From assembly GCA_963703315.1 (NCBI GenBank), contig OY969811.1:1248001-1312000 (forward strand): a stretch of 64,000 nt of DNA. The letters are read 5' to 3'. Made by a program: the position numbers and the translations under genes. Positions 30,318 through 39,894 of this stretch are shown here, one piece after another. The notes beneath the pieces are model-generated. The model had not been told where the DNA came from, ran no database searches, and saw only the letters and a list, made by a program, of their open reading frames with translations. Within the stretch, counting starts at the first letter, position 1. Each line of letters starts with the position of its first letter. The DNA comes from an uncultured cyanobacterium. Its GTDB lineage: Bacteria; Cyanobacteriota; Cyanobacteriia; Pseudanabaenales; Pseudanabaenaceae.

Positions 30318-30372
30318 AGAACCAGATTTTTAGTGGCGCGGCAAAGCCGCGCCACTAAAAATCTGGTTCTTT
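30316..30372. terminator. Perfect palindrome, 27-bp arms
   Basis: aaagaaccagatttttagtggcgcggc-aaa-gccgcgccactaaaaatctggttcttt. Confidence 0.75.
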
Positions 30373-30434
30373 TCTGTATAATTCAACAAAGGCGTTGTAT
30401 AGCAACATCTTTGTTGTTAATTAGATAAAACTTC

Positions 30435-30974
30435 ATGACTGAGCTTTGTGCGATCGCCCTCGGTAGTAACTTAAGCAATGAAATCGGGGACTCCCAAAAA
30501 ATTGTCAGAGCCGCGATCGCGCAACTCGCAAACCATCCAGAGATTGAGGTGGTGCGGGTGTCGCGTTGGTATCGGACTAAGGCGATTACCTTGCCAAATT
30601 CTGCACCACAGCCTGACTACATTAATGGTTGTGCAGTTTTAAAAACAATCCTGAATCCCTTGCAGCTATTACAAGCGCTATTTTATACAGAGCAGTTTTT
30701 TGGACGCGAACGCCGCGAACGTTGGGGCGCCAGAACGCTCGATCTAGATTTATTGCTTTATGGTGATCGCCTCATGGATACGCCCGAATTAGTTCTGCCC
30801 CATCCGCGCATGAGCGATCGCGCCTTTGTACTGTTACCCCTAGCCGAGATTGCCGCCGATTGGATGCATCCTTTAACGGGGATGACAATTTCGCAATTAG
30901 CCAAAAATCCTCCTGATTTAGATTTGAGCTATCCAATCGCCATTGAGTCTGAAGATTTATATGCGATCGCTTAA
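30435..30974 (+). CDS. folK: 2-amino-4-hydroxy-6-hydroxymethyldihydropteridine pyrophosphokinase
   Basis: IALGSNL, QPDYIN, RWGARTLDLDLL, LPHPRMSDRAFVLLPL. Confidence 0.96.
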   Translation: MTELCAIALGSNLSNEIGDSQKIVRAAIAQLANHPEIEVVRVSRWYRTKAITLPNSAPQPDYINGCAVLKTILNPLQLLQALFYTEQFFGRERRERWGARTLDLDLLLYGDRLMDTPELVLPHPRMSDRAFVLLPLAEIAADWMHPLTGMTISQLAKNPPDLDLSYPIAIESEDLYAIA

Positions 30975-30989
30975 TCGTTTTTAGTCAAA

Positions 30990-31250
30990 TCAATCATAAA
31001 CTTCTCTTCTATGCCTAATTCGATTAATAAAAATTATCTTTTCTTCTCGGTCAAATTCATAAATTACTCGATAATCGCCAACTCTTAATTTATAGAAACC
31101 TGACAAGTTAGCCGTTAAGGCTTGGGGTATGATTTCGTCAAATTTATCAATTAACCAATCAATTTTTTTGGTAATGTGAGCTTGCACTGTTTGAGTTAGT
31201 TTCTCTAAGTCTGCAAATGAGCTTGGACTATATTCAACAAAATAGGTCAT
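30990..31250 (-). CDS. RelE/ParE-family toxin
   Basis: YKLRVGDYRVIY..IRHRREVY. Confidence 0.9.
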   Translation of the reverse strand: MTYFVEYSPSSFADLEKLTQTVQAHITKKIDWLIDKFDEIIPQALTANLSGFYKLRVGDYRVIYEFDREEKIIFINRIRHRREVYD

Positions 31251-31465
31251 TTGACCGTTAATCCCAGTCTTTCTTTTACTTCTGCTGATGACATATTTTT
31301 ACTTCCTTCCTGTCTTTGCTTGCGAGTTTCTAATAGCTCTTGTTGAAATTGTGACTTGACCATTTTTTCGGCATCAGGATCTGGCAAAAGATCTTCTAAT
31401 GATTCGATAACGGTTTCGCGAATTACAGCTTTTAGTTCTTCAATGGTGAGATCTTTAACTTGCAT
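31247..31465 (-). CDS. Putative antitoxin of the RelE toxin
   Basis: 72 aa, directly upstream with a 4-bp overlap; ends SSAEVKERLGL. Confidence 0.75.
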   Translation of the reverse strand: MQVKDLTIEELKAVIRETVIESLEDLLPDPDAEKMVKSQFQQELLETRKQRQEGSKNMSSAEVKERLGLTVK

Positions 31466-31535
31466 AATTAAGTTACGGCTCGACGTGGTGGTTATTTAAG
31501 TATGCCATAAAAAATCAGCGAGATCGCTTTGTCAT

Positions 31536-31640
31536 TAAGTAGTTAAGCATAAGTAAACTTAAAACCCAAATTGCCGTGCCGCCCGCGTAGCAGGCGGTAC
31601 GGCAATCTGGGTTTGGTTTATAACTATACCAAGCTACTTA
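31536..31640. mobile_element. TAAGTAG...CTACTTA MITE with central hairpin
   Basis: taagtagttaagc..aaacccaaattgccgtgccgcccgc-gta-gcaggcggtacggcaatctgggttt..ctactta. Confidence 0.7.
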
Positions 31641-31727
31641 ACTATATTCAGTCTCTTTCTATCCTGAGCAACTAGGCGATCGCCCAGCCAAAACATCAAA
31701 CAAACTAAAGATGAGATCTTAACTCCT

Positions 31728-33422
31728 CTACTGCTCAGCGATGTTATCAATTTTCTCGCGAATTGATAGTTGGATAAGGGAGCGCAGCAAAGAAAAGCCA
31801 CAGAAACCCGCACCGACAAAGGCAGCGATCGCCCAACTCGTATAAGTACCATTAATACCCACTAAAAGAATTGCTCCAGCTAAGACAAAGAATCCTGTTA
31901 AACAAGCATAGATCAGCGCTTTTACGGCAATGTTAATGCGTTTAAGCGTGCGATCGCTTTCAGTAGACTTAACCTGAATCATTAACTCACCGCGTTCAAT
32001 CCTCTCTTCAATGCGATCGAGCAGAAGTTCCATCCGACTAGGCTTATTGAGTTGATAGACCAGAAAATCTTTTGCTTGTTGGGCTAAGGCTCCTAAAGTA
32101 TTACCACGCCCTTTTGTTAGCACAATGCTTTTCACAAAGGGCTGAGCAGCCGTAGTGAAGTTGTATTCTGGGTCGAGAATTCTGGCAATGCCATCAAGAG
32201 TGGTAAGGGATTTGAGAAGATAGGTCATCTGGGGTGGTAAACGGAATGGCTGTTTCTCAAAGATGGCAACGACCTCTGACTTAATCTGCTCAAACTCATA
32301 GATATTGACAGGTCTTTCGGTAAAGCGATCTAAGACAAACTTTAACATCCGTTTGACAGGACTCATATCGGCGATCGGTTCAATAAAACCCATGCTCATC
32401 AAAGTATCAACAACTTCATTAGTATCTTTACGCAGTACCGCAAAGAAGGTTTTGACCATCTGATCCTTTGCCATCGTTTTCACTTCCGCCATCATGCCGT
32501 AATCATAAAAAATGAGGCTACCACTAGGGCTAACTGCCAAATTGCCGGGGTGAGGATCGGCATGGAAGAAGCCATCCTGAAGAAGCTGTTTGAGATAGCA
32601 ACAGATGCCTAATTGATTAATTTCCCTAGGATTTAATCCGCAAGCTTCAAGGGCTTGGCGATCGTCGATTTTAATTCCTGGTACATATTCCAAGGTCAAA
32701 ACCATCGAAGTGGAATATTCCCAGTAGATTTTTGGAACAACAATGCGAGGATAGCCTTCAAAATTTTTGCGAAAGCGATCGGCATTATTCCCTTCGATTA
32801 CATAATCAATTTCTTGATAGAGAATGGTAAAAAACTCGTTATAAATTCCTTCTAAATTATATTTGCGTGTCCAAGAGAAATAGCGATGAAAGACTCTTAA
32901 AAGTTTACCAACTGCTAGTAAATCTAGATCAAATAGTCTTTTTAACCCAGGACGTTGCACCTTAACGACGACATCTTCACCTGTGTACAAAGTTGCCCAA
33001 TGTACTTGTCCGAGGCTCGCCGCCGCCAGTGGAATTTCATCAAAATCTCGATAGATGTTATACAGCGATTTGCCAAGTTCAAGTTCAATAATTTGTCGAG
33101 CTTCTTTGGCACTAAAGGCTGGTACTTTGTCTTGGAGTTGAGCTAGTGAACTAATGTATTCGGGCGGTAAAAGATCAACACGAGTAGAGAGCGATTGACC
33201 AATTTTAATGAAGGTGGGTCCCAGTTCCAGCATATTGCGGACTAGCCATTCGGCTCTCTTGCTGCGGGTCTGGGATGTGTTGTTTTGCCAAAATCGATCC
33301 CACCAGATAAAAAACAGAAATGTGAAAGCAGCCAAAAATACTTCACGTTGACGGGCAAGTGAAGAGTTTTTATTTCTTTGCCAGCGTAGCTTTCTGGGTG
33401 GTAATTGGGCGATCGCAGACAT
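31728..33422 (-). CDS. ABC1/AarF/UbiB-family atypical kinase
   Basis: LGPTFIKIGQ, AAASLGQVH, VVKVQRP, FFHADPHPGN, YDYGMM. Confidence 0.93.
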   Translation of the reverse strand: MSAIAQLPPRKLRWQRNKNSSLARQREVFLAAFTFLFFIWWDRFWQNNTSQTRSKRAEWLVRNMLELGPTFIKIGQSLSTRVDLLPPEYISSLAQLQDKVPAFSAKEARQIIELELGKSLYNIYRDFDEIPLAAASLGQVHWATLYTGEDVVVKVQRPGLKRLFDLDLLAVGKLLRVFHRYFSWTRKYNLEGIYNEFFTILYQEIDYVIEGNNADRFRKNFEGYPRIVVPKIYWEYSTSMVLTLEYVPGIKIDDRQALEACGLNPREINQLGICCYLKQLLQDGFFHADPHPGNLAVSPSGSLIFYDYGMMAEVKTMAKDQMVKTFFAVLRKDTNEVVDTLMSMGFIEPIADMSPVKRMLKFVLDRFTERPVNIYEFEQIKSEVVAIFEKQPFRLPPQMTYLLKSLTTLDGIARILDPEYNFTTAAQPFVKSIVLTKGRGNTLGALAQQAKDFLVYQLNKPSRMELLLDRIEERIERGELMIQVKSTESDRTLKRINIAVKALIYACLTGFFVLAGAILLVGINGTYTSWAIAAFVGAGFCGFSLLRSLIQLSIREKIDNIAEQ

Positions 33423-33498
33423 ATTTTGTCAATGGTGACTATGCTAATTAGCATTGCTGTGTTTATATTACCCAATTAACGCTTAATACCAAAACTAA

Positions 33499-33547
33499 AA
33501 ATGAAAAGAGAGAGGCAGCGCGAAGCGCTGCCTCTCTCTTTTCATTT
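33499..33547. repeat. Perfect palindrome, 23-bp arms, between divergent genes
   Basis: aaatgaaaagagagaggcagcgc-gaa-gcgctgcctctctcttttcattt. Confidence 0.9.
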
Positions 33548-33696
33548 CGTAGTTAGCGATCGCTATACAACAAAATTGACAAGACTTTGCTATGGTTATT
33601 TTGGTTGGCGATCGCCAGAATATGCCAAATGCCAAGCCCTAAAAGTGAAACTTTGGCGCAAACTTTATACCTGTATCATTCCTATGAGGTAATCCA

Positions 33697-34395
33697 ATGG
33701 GTGAAATCACCAGAGATGAAATTCGCGAACGTTTAGGCAATATCGATCAAATTCGCGATATCATTTTCGGCGCACATTTGCGCGAGTACAATAGCCGCTT
33801 AGACAAAGCAGAAGCTGATATTTCGGGAATTCAGCAAGATGTCCGCGATCGCCTTAACGACTTAAAGTTAACTTTAGCTAATGAGTTACGCACCGCCGTT
33901 GAGTCCATCGACAAGCGTCTAAAAACGATTAGTACCTCAGCCCAAGAAGAAGCTGCTGACCTGCGTCAACAGTTTGATCGCATTAATCGTAAGTTTACTA
34001 ATAGTATCGAAACCCTAGATGAGACTGTGGAAGCGCAAAGAATTGCTTTGCGCGATGAACTTGCTCAAACTAGAGATAGTCTGCAAAATGATAACCGTGA
34101 ACTGCGATCGCTAGTTTTAGAAGAACTAGATCGGCATTTCTCGATTTTGCGTGAAGACAAGCTCTCCAAGGATGATTTAGCGGAATTGCTATTTGAGTTA
34201 GGTATGAGACTCAAGGGGTCAGAGTTTGTGCCTGAGCTACGTGAAGCTGCTGAAGAACACGTGGAAGAAAAGTATGAGCGAGTTAATATCCTTGAATCTG
34301 AGCCGCCAAAACTTGAGCGGTCTTCTTCGTTGAGTTCAGATACAACGGCAACAAGTGCTGCAAAAAGTTCATCGCGCACTAAGGCTAAACCATAA
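33697..34395 (+). CDS. Hypothetical coiled-coil protein
   Basis: 232-aa amphipathic helical ORF; GAGG RBS; starts NIDQIRDIIFG. Confidence 0.75.
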   Translation: MGEITRDEIRERLGNIDQIRDIIFGAHLREYNSRLDKAEADISGIQQDVRDRLNDLKLTLANELRTAVESIDKRLKTISTSAQEEAADLRQQFDRINRKFTNSIETLDETVEAQRIALRDELAQTRDSLQNDNRELRSLVLEELDRHFSILREDKLSKDDLAELLFELGMRLKGSEFVPELREAAEEHVEEKYERVNILESEPPKLERSSSLSSDTTATSAAKSSSRTKAKP

Positions 34396-34460
34396 CATCT
34401 TTGTATTCTAAAGATGTTATGGTCATCATCTACTCGCACTCTTGATGATTTACAACCACA

Positions 34461-34650
34461 AACCTGTAGGGGTAGAGCATTTTCGCCAATGTTTCATACT
34501 TTCCGCACCTCATCTCAAAACGCAAATGCTCTACCCTTTTCACTCATCGATAAATTGTCCCTGCGTTGCGAGATTGGGGCATAGCATTCCCAAAGTAAAA
34601 TAATCTAAAAATTTATGGGTTTCTTTGGGAATGCTATGCCCCTACAGGTT
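34461..34650. repeat. GTAG-type REP doublet (REPIN-like)
   Basis: aacctgtaggggtagagcattt..aaatgctctaccc ... ggggcatagcattcccaaag..ctttgggaatgctatgcccctacaggtt. Confidence 0.8.
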
Positions 34651-34711
34651 GATCATTGAGAGCGCGAATAATTCCTGTACAGGTTTTGGTCTACTTAGCA
34701 ATTTGATCCAG

Positions 34712-36139
34712 ATGGCGAAAGCGAAAACTCGATATGTTTGTAATAACTGTGGGGCAGACTTTCCGCAAATGTATGGAAAATGCCCTGACTGCTCTAGTTG
34801 GGGAACCTTACAAGAAGAAATTATTGCTAGTGTTCCTGCAAATAGTACCAACGCGATCGCCACATTTTCCCATCTTGGTACAGCCAAATCTTCGGGCAAA
34901 GCGAAAGCGCGAGAATCCTTAACCCTTTCGCAAATTACCGACAATCAACAGGCGCGATCGCCCTCTGGTTATGAAGAACTGGATCGGGTGTTAGGTGGTG
35001 GGATCGTTGCAGGATCGTTAGTACTGATCGGTGGTGAACCAGGGATTGGGAAAAGTACGCTCTTGCTGGGCATGGCGCAAAAATTGATGACGCGCTATCC
35101 GACTCTCTATGTTTGTGCCGAGGAGTCCGCGCAACAGGTAAAACTGCGATCGCAACGGTTAGGCATCTTAGAAGAGAATTCTGATGATTTATATTTATTG
35201 GCAGAAACCGATCTGGAAACAGTACTGCGAGAATTACAGTCACTCCGCCCGAAAGTTGCTGTCATTGATAGTATTCAAGCGCTCTATTTCTCCAACTTAA
35301 ATGCTGCCCCTGGTTCCGTCTCGCAAGTGAGAGAATGTACGGCGGCGCTGATGCGTGTCGCCAAGCGCGAGCATATCTCGCTATTTATTGTTGGTCATGT
35401 GACTAAGGAAGGGGCGATCGCTGGACCAAAGGTGTTAGAACACATGGTCGATACGGTTTTGTATTTTGAAGGCGATCGCTTTGCCACCCATCGGCTCTTG
35501 CGATCGGTCAAAAATCGCTTTGGAGCAACGCAGGAAATCGGTGTATTTGAAATGATTGATCGCGGCTTGCGCGAAGTTTCTAACCCTTCCGAATTATTTC
35601 TCGGTAATCGTGATGAATCTGTCCCTGGAACCGCCACAATCGTTGCCTGTGAAGGAACGCGCCCGATTGTCGTAGAGTTGCAAGCCCTCGTCAGTCCCAC
35701 CAGTTATTCTTCACCCCGCCGTACTACCACAGGCATCGAAACCAATCGCTTTCTGCAAATTCTCGCCGTTCTCGAAAAACGGATTGGCATTCCCCTATCC
35801 AAGCTTGATGCTTATGTTGCCTCGGCAGGGGGCTTAAATGTGGCGGAACCTGCGGTGGATCTGGGGGTGGCGATCGCGGTGGCGGCGAGTTTTCGCGATC
35901 GCACAGTCGATCCGCGTACAGTGCTAATTGGTGAAGTGGGTTTAGGTGGACAGGTGCGCCCTGTTCCCCAGTTGGATTTGCGATTAAAAGAAGCCGCGAA
36001 ATTAGGCTTTAAACGGGCGATAATTCCCAGTATGCAAGTGATGCAAAATTATGGAATGGAAGTAGTACCTGTCACTAAAGTGCTAGATGCGATCGTGGCG
36101 GCGCTACCCCGTACTAAATTTGAGGAACCTAGCTCATGA
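34712..36139 (+). CDS. radA: DNA repair protein RadA/Sms
   Basis: CxxC..CxxC zinc finger, GEPGIGKST, KNRFG; start placed at MAKAK. Confidence 0.97.
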   Translation: MAKAKTRYVCNNCGADFPQMYGKCPDCSSWGTLQEEIIASVPANSTNAIATFSHLGTAKSSGKAKARESLTLSQITDNQQARSPSGYEELDRVLGGGIVAGSLVLIGGEPGIGKSTLLLGMAQKLMTRYPTLYVCAEESAQQVKLRSQRLGILEENSDDLYLLAETDLETVLRELQSLRPKVAVIDSIQALYFSNLNAAPGSVSQVRECTAALMRVAKREHISLFIVGHVTKEGAIAGPKVLEHMVDTVLYFEGDRFATHRLLRSVKNRFGATQEIGVFEMIDRGLREVSNPSELFLGNRDESVPGTATIVACEGTRPIVVELQALVSPTSYSSPRRTTTGIETNRFLQILAVLEKRIGIPLSKLDAYVASAGGLNVAEPAVDLGVAIAVAASFRDRTVDPRTVLIGEVGLGGQVRPVPQLDLRLKEAAKLGFKRAIIPSMQVMQNYGMEVVPVTKVLDAIVAALPRTKFEEPSS

Positions 36140-39100
36140 GCGCTAATAATAATATACAAAATATAAACATTAAAAAATGGCAGTTCTGGATTGATCGCGG
36201 TGGTACATTTACCGATATTGTCGCGCAAGATCCCAAGGGGGAGATCGTCTTGCATAAATTACTTTCTGATAATCCTGATCGCTATACCGATGCACCAATC
36301 CAAGGCATCCGCGATATTTTAGGTATTTCTCAAAGTGAAGCAATTCCCATTGAGCAAATAGCCGCCATTAAAATGGGAACAACAGTGGCAACCAATGCTC
36401 TTTTAGAACGCAAAGGCGATCGCACCGTTCTGGTGATTACCAAGGGCTTTCGAGATGCTTTAAGAATTGGCTATCAGCATCGTCCCAATATTTTTGCGCG
36501 TCATATTGTTCTGCCCGAAATGCTCTATGAACAAGTAATTGAAGTAGAAGAGAGATATAGCGCTCATGGAGAAGTTCTTATTCCCTTAAATGAGAAATTG
36601 GCTGTCAGAGAATTACAAAAAGCCTATAATCTGGGAATTAGGGCTTGCGCGATCGCCTTAATGCATAGTTATCGCTATCCACACCATGAGCAGCGTTTAG
36701 CCAAGATTGCCAAGCAAATTGGCTTTACACAGGTTTCCGTATCCCACGAAATTAGTTCCTTAATTAAATTTATTAGTCGTGGTGATACTACTGTTGTTGA
36801 TGCCTATCTATCCCCAATTCTCAAACGTTATGTAGATCGCGTTAGTACGGAACTAGGAGAAGTATCACTCAGTGATACTTCTCCTAAATTAATGTTCATG
36901 CAATCTAATGGTGGACTGACGGAAGCAAAATCTTTTCAAGGCAAAAATAGTATTCTCTCAGGTCCCGCAGGGGGTATTGTCGGGGCTGTGCAAACTAGTT
37001 TGCAAGCAGGTTTTGAGAAAATCATTAGCTTCGATATGGGAGGCACTTCAACCGATGTTGCCCATTATGCTGGCAGCTATGAGCGATCGCTATCCACAGA
37101 AGTCGCAGGGGTGAGGCTGAGTACACCGATGATGGCAATCCATACGGTAGCGGCGGGTGGTGGTTCGTTACTATTTTTTGATGGCGCTAGATATCGCGTG
37201 GGACCTGAATCGGCGGGAGCTTTTCCCGGTCCTGCTTGCTATCGCAATGGTGGAGAGCTAGCCGTAACAGATTGCAATGTGATGTTAGGGAAGTTGCAGC
37301 CTGATTTCTTCCCTAAAGTATTTGGAAAGGATGGAAATCTGCCCCTTGATCGCGAAATAGTAGTTCAGAAATTTACGGAATTAGCTCAAACCATTAGCCA
37401 AGCCACAGGACAGCCAGTTTTACCTGAAGTAGTCGCTCAAGGCTTTCTAGAAATTGCCGTTGAAAAAATGGCGATGGCAATCAAAAAGATATCGGTACAG
37501 CGTGGCTATGATGTATCAGAATATGTGCTGTGTTGCTTTGGTGGTGCGGGTGGGCAACACGCCTGTGCGATCGCTGATGTCTTAGGGATGACCCAAATTT
37601 TTATTCATCCCTACGCAGGAGTACTATCTGCCTATGGGATTGGTTTAGCAGATATTCGCACAATTCGCGATCGCTCGGTTGAGTCAGAACTCAATTTAGA
37701 ATTACTAGAAGAGTTAGAAACGATTGCCAAATTACTAAGCGAAGATGGTCAGACTGAGATTTTGCAAGGAAATGCTGATGGTGAATTACAGATCGAAACC
37801 AGTTTGCGATTGCGCTATGTTGGCACTGATTCTGCCCTCACCGTGACGCTTCCCAATCCCTTAAGCTTCCATTCACAGTCAATCTTAGAGTTTTTGCAAA
37901 CCAGTTTTGAAACTTTACATAAGGAAAGATATGGCTTTATTTTTGCCGATAAAGTCCTGATCGTGGAAGCGATCGCCATAGAAACAATTGTTTCAAAGAA
38001 AAAAGAAAGGAGCCAACAGCTAACAGCTAATAGCCAAAAGCTGCTAACAGCTAAACAAACACTCAATGTCTATATGTCTAACGAATGGCGTGAGACTCCT
38101 GTATTTCGGCGGGAAGATTTGCGGGTAGGCGATCGCATTCAGGGGGCGGCGTTGATTATTGATGCGACGGGAACTAATGCGATCGAGCCTAATTGGGAAG
38201 CAGAATTGATGGAGGATAATTCTTTGATCTTGCGGAGATTCCCCCCAGCCCCCCTTAATAAGGGGGGAGAAGAGGTTCTTCAAATCCCCCTTATTAAGGG
38301 GGATTTAGGGGGATCTCGTCCTGATCCGATTAAATTGGAAATATTTAATAATCTCTTTCAATCTATCGCTGAGCAGATGGGATTTACGCTGCAAAATACT
38401 AGTGCTAGCGTGAATATTCGTGAGCGTTTAGATTTTTCCTGTGCAATCTTCGATCACGCAGGGGAACTAGTTGCTAATGCACCACATATTCCTGTGCATC
38501 TTGGCTCGATGGGTGAAAGTGTGAAAGCTTTAATAGGCGATCGCGGCAATGACATCCATGTAGGAGATGTTTTCGCGACCAATAATCCCTACAATGGCGG
38601 GACGCATTTACCTGATATCACGGTGATTACGCCTGTTTTTATTGAGACAAGTAATCAGCCAACTTTTTATGTTGCCTCACGCGGACATCATGCCGATATT
38701 GGCGGGATTACCCCCGGCTCAATGCCTTCTCACAGCACTAGCATTGAAGAAGAAGGGATTCTCTTTAATAATTTTCAGCTTGTCAAAAACGGCAAATTCT
38801 GTGAATCTGAAACCCTTGTTTTACTTACTTCCAGTCCATATCCAGCCCGTAATCCTGCTCAAAATATGGCAGACTTACAAGCCCAAATTGCCGCAAATGA
38901 ATGTGGTGCAAAGGAATTGCAACGGATGGTAGCCCATTACGGAGTAACCACCGTGCAAGCCTATATGGGCTATGTGCGCGATAATGCTGAATTAGCGATT
39001 CGGAAAGCGATCGCTCAGCTATCCCAAACTTGGAATCAGGAAACTGAGCGCAAATTTATCTATCCTATTGATAATGGCAGCCAGATTGCCGTATCGGTAA

Positions 39101-39864
39101 GTTTAAATCCGAGCGATCGCACCGCTAAAATTGACTTTACAGGAACTTCCGCCCAACTCACGAATAACTTTAATGCTCCCCTCGCAGTCTGTAAAGCAGT
39201 CGTATTGTACGTTTTTCGCACGCTCGTTGATGATGAGATTCCTTTAAATGCTGGTTGTCTCGTACCGTTAGAAATCATTGTGCCTGACAGTTCGCTGCTC
39301 AATCCTACTTATCCTGCGGCGGTAGTGGCGGGCAATGTGGAGACATCACAGGCGATCGCCAATGCTTTGTATGGTGCGCTAGGAGTTATGGCAGCATCCC
39401 AAGGCACGATGAATAATTTCACCTTTGGTAGCGATCGCTATCAATATTACGAAACGATTTGTGGTGGATCAGGTGCGGGTATTGACTTTGACGGCACTAG
39501 TGCCATTCAAACGCAGATGACTAATTCGCGACTGACCGATCCTGAGATTCTAGAATGGCGATTTCCTGTACTTTTAGAAGACTTTGCAATTCGGGCGAAT
39601 AGCGGTGGTGATGGCAAACACAAAGGCGGAAATGGGGTGATCCGTCGGATTAAGTTTCTGGAACCAATGACCGCCGCCATTTTATCCAGTAGTCGAGTAA
39701 TTCCACCTTTCGGATTGAATGGTGGCGCATTGGGGATGGTGGGACGTAATTATGTAATCAGAAATGATGGCGCGATCGCTGAATTACCAAGTACCGCCAC
39801 AGTCCAAATGGAAGCTGGCGATACCTTTGTGATTGAAACTCCGGGTGGCGGCGGCTATGGATAA
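36136..39864 (+). CDS. 5-oxoprolinase (fused hydantoinase A/B)
   Basis: [51 protein letters not shown]. Confidence 0.93.
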   Translation: MSANNNIQNINIKKWQFWIDRGGTFTDIVAQDPKGEIVLHKLLSDNPDRYTDAPIQGIRDILGISQSEAIPIEQIAAIKMGTTVATNALLERKGDRTVLVITKGFRDALRIGYQHRPNIFARHIVLPEMLYEQVIEVEERYSAHGEVLIPLNEKLAVRELQKAYNLGIRACAIALMHSYRYPHHEQRLAKIAKQIGFTQVSVSHEISSLIKFISRGDTTVVDAYLSPILKRYVDRVSTELGEVSLSDTSPKLMFMQSNGGLTEAKSFQGKNSILSGPAGGIVGAVQTSLQAGFEKIISFDMGGTSTDVAHYAGSYERSLSTEVAGVRLSTPMMAIHTVAAGGGSLLFFDGARYRVGPESAGAFPGPACYRNGGELAVTDCNVMLGKLQPDFFPKVFGKDGNLPLDREIVVQKFTELAQTISQATGQPVLPEVVAQGFLEIAVEKMAMAIKKISVQRGYDVSEYVLCCFGGAGGQHACAIADVLGMTQIFIHPYAGVLSAYGIGLADIRTIRDRSVESELNLELLEELETIAKLLSEDGQTEILQGNADGELQIETSLRLRYVGTDSALTVTLPNPLSFHSQSILEFLQTSFETLHKERYGFIFADKVLIVEAIAIETIVSKKKERSQQLTANSQKLLTAKQTLNVYMSNEWRETPVFRREDLRVGDRIQGAALIIDATGTNAIEPNWEAELMEDNSLILRRFPPAPLNKGGEEVLQIPLIKGDLGGSRPDPIKLEIFNNLFQSIAEQMGFTLQNTSASVNIRERLDFSCAIFDHAGELVANAPHIPVHLGSMGESVKALIGDRGNDIHVGDVFATNNPYNGGTHLPDITVITPVFIETSNQPTFYVASRGHHADIGGITPGSMPSHSTSIEEEGILFNNFQLVKNGKFCESETLVLLTSSPYPARNPAQNMADLQAQIAANECGAKELQRMVAHYGVTTVQAYMGYVRDNAELAIRKAIAQLSQTWNQETERKFIYPIDNGSQIAVSVSLNPSDRTAKIDFTGTSAQLTNNFNAPLAVCKAVVLYVFRTLVDDEIPLNAGCLVPLEIIVPDSSLLNPTYPAAVVAGNVETSQAIANALYGALGVMAASQGTMNNFTFGSDRYQYYETICGGSGAGIDFDGTSAIQTQMTNSRLTDPEILEWRFPVLLEDFAIRANSGGDGKHKGGNGVIRRIKFLEPMTAAILSSSRVIPPFGLNGGALGMVGRNYVIRNDGAIAELPSTATVQMEAGDTFVIETPGGGGYG
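38011..38055 (+). repeat. Degenerate heptamer tandem repeat (AGCYAAN) within the oxoprolinase CDS
   Basis: agccaac agctaac agctaat agccaaa agct gctaac agctaaa, encoding [15 protein letters not shown]. Confidence 0.6.
38236..38316. repeat. About 81-bp double-hairpin dispersed repeat inserted in frame in the oxoprolinase gene
   Basis: agattccccccagccccccttaataagggggg..atcccccttattaagggggatttagggggatct, encoding [27 protein letters not shown]. Confidence 0.8.
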
Positions 39865-39894
39865 AGTAAGGGCAACATGAGTTGCCCTTACTTT
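39863..39894. terminator. Hairpin filling the gap between convergent genes; likely bidirectional terminator
   Basis: aaagtaagggcaac-atga-gttgcccttacttt. Confidence 0.75.
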
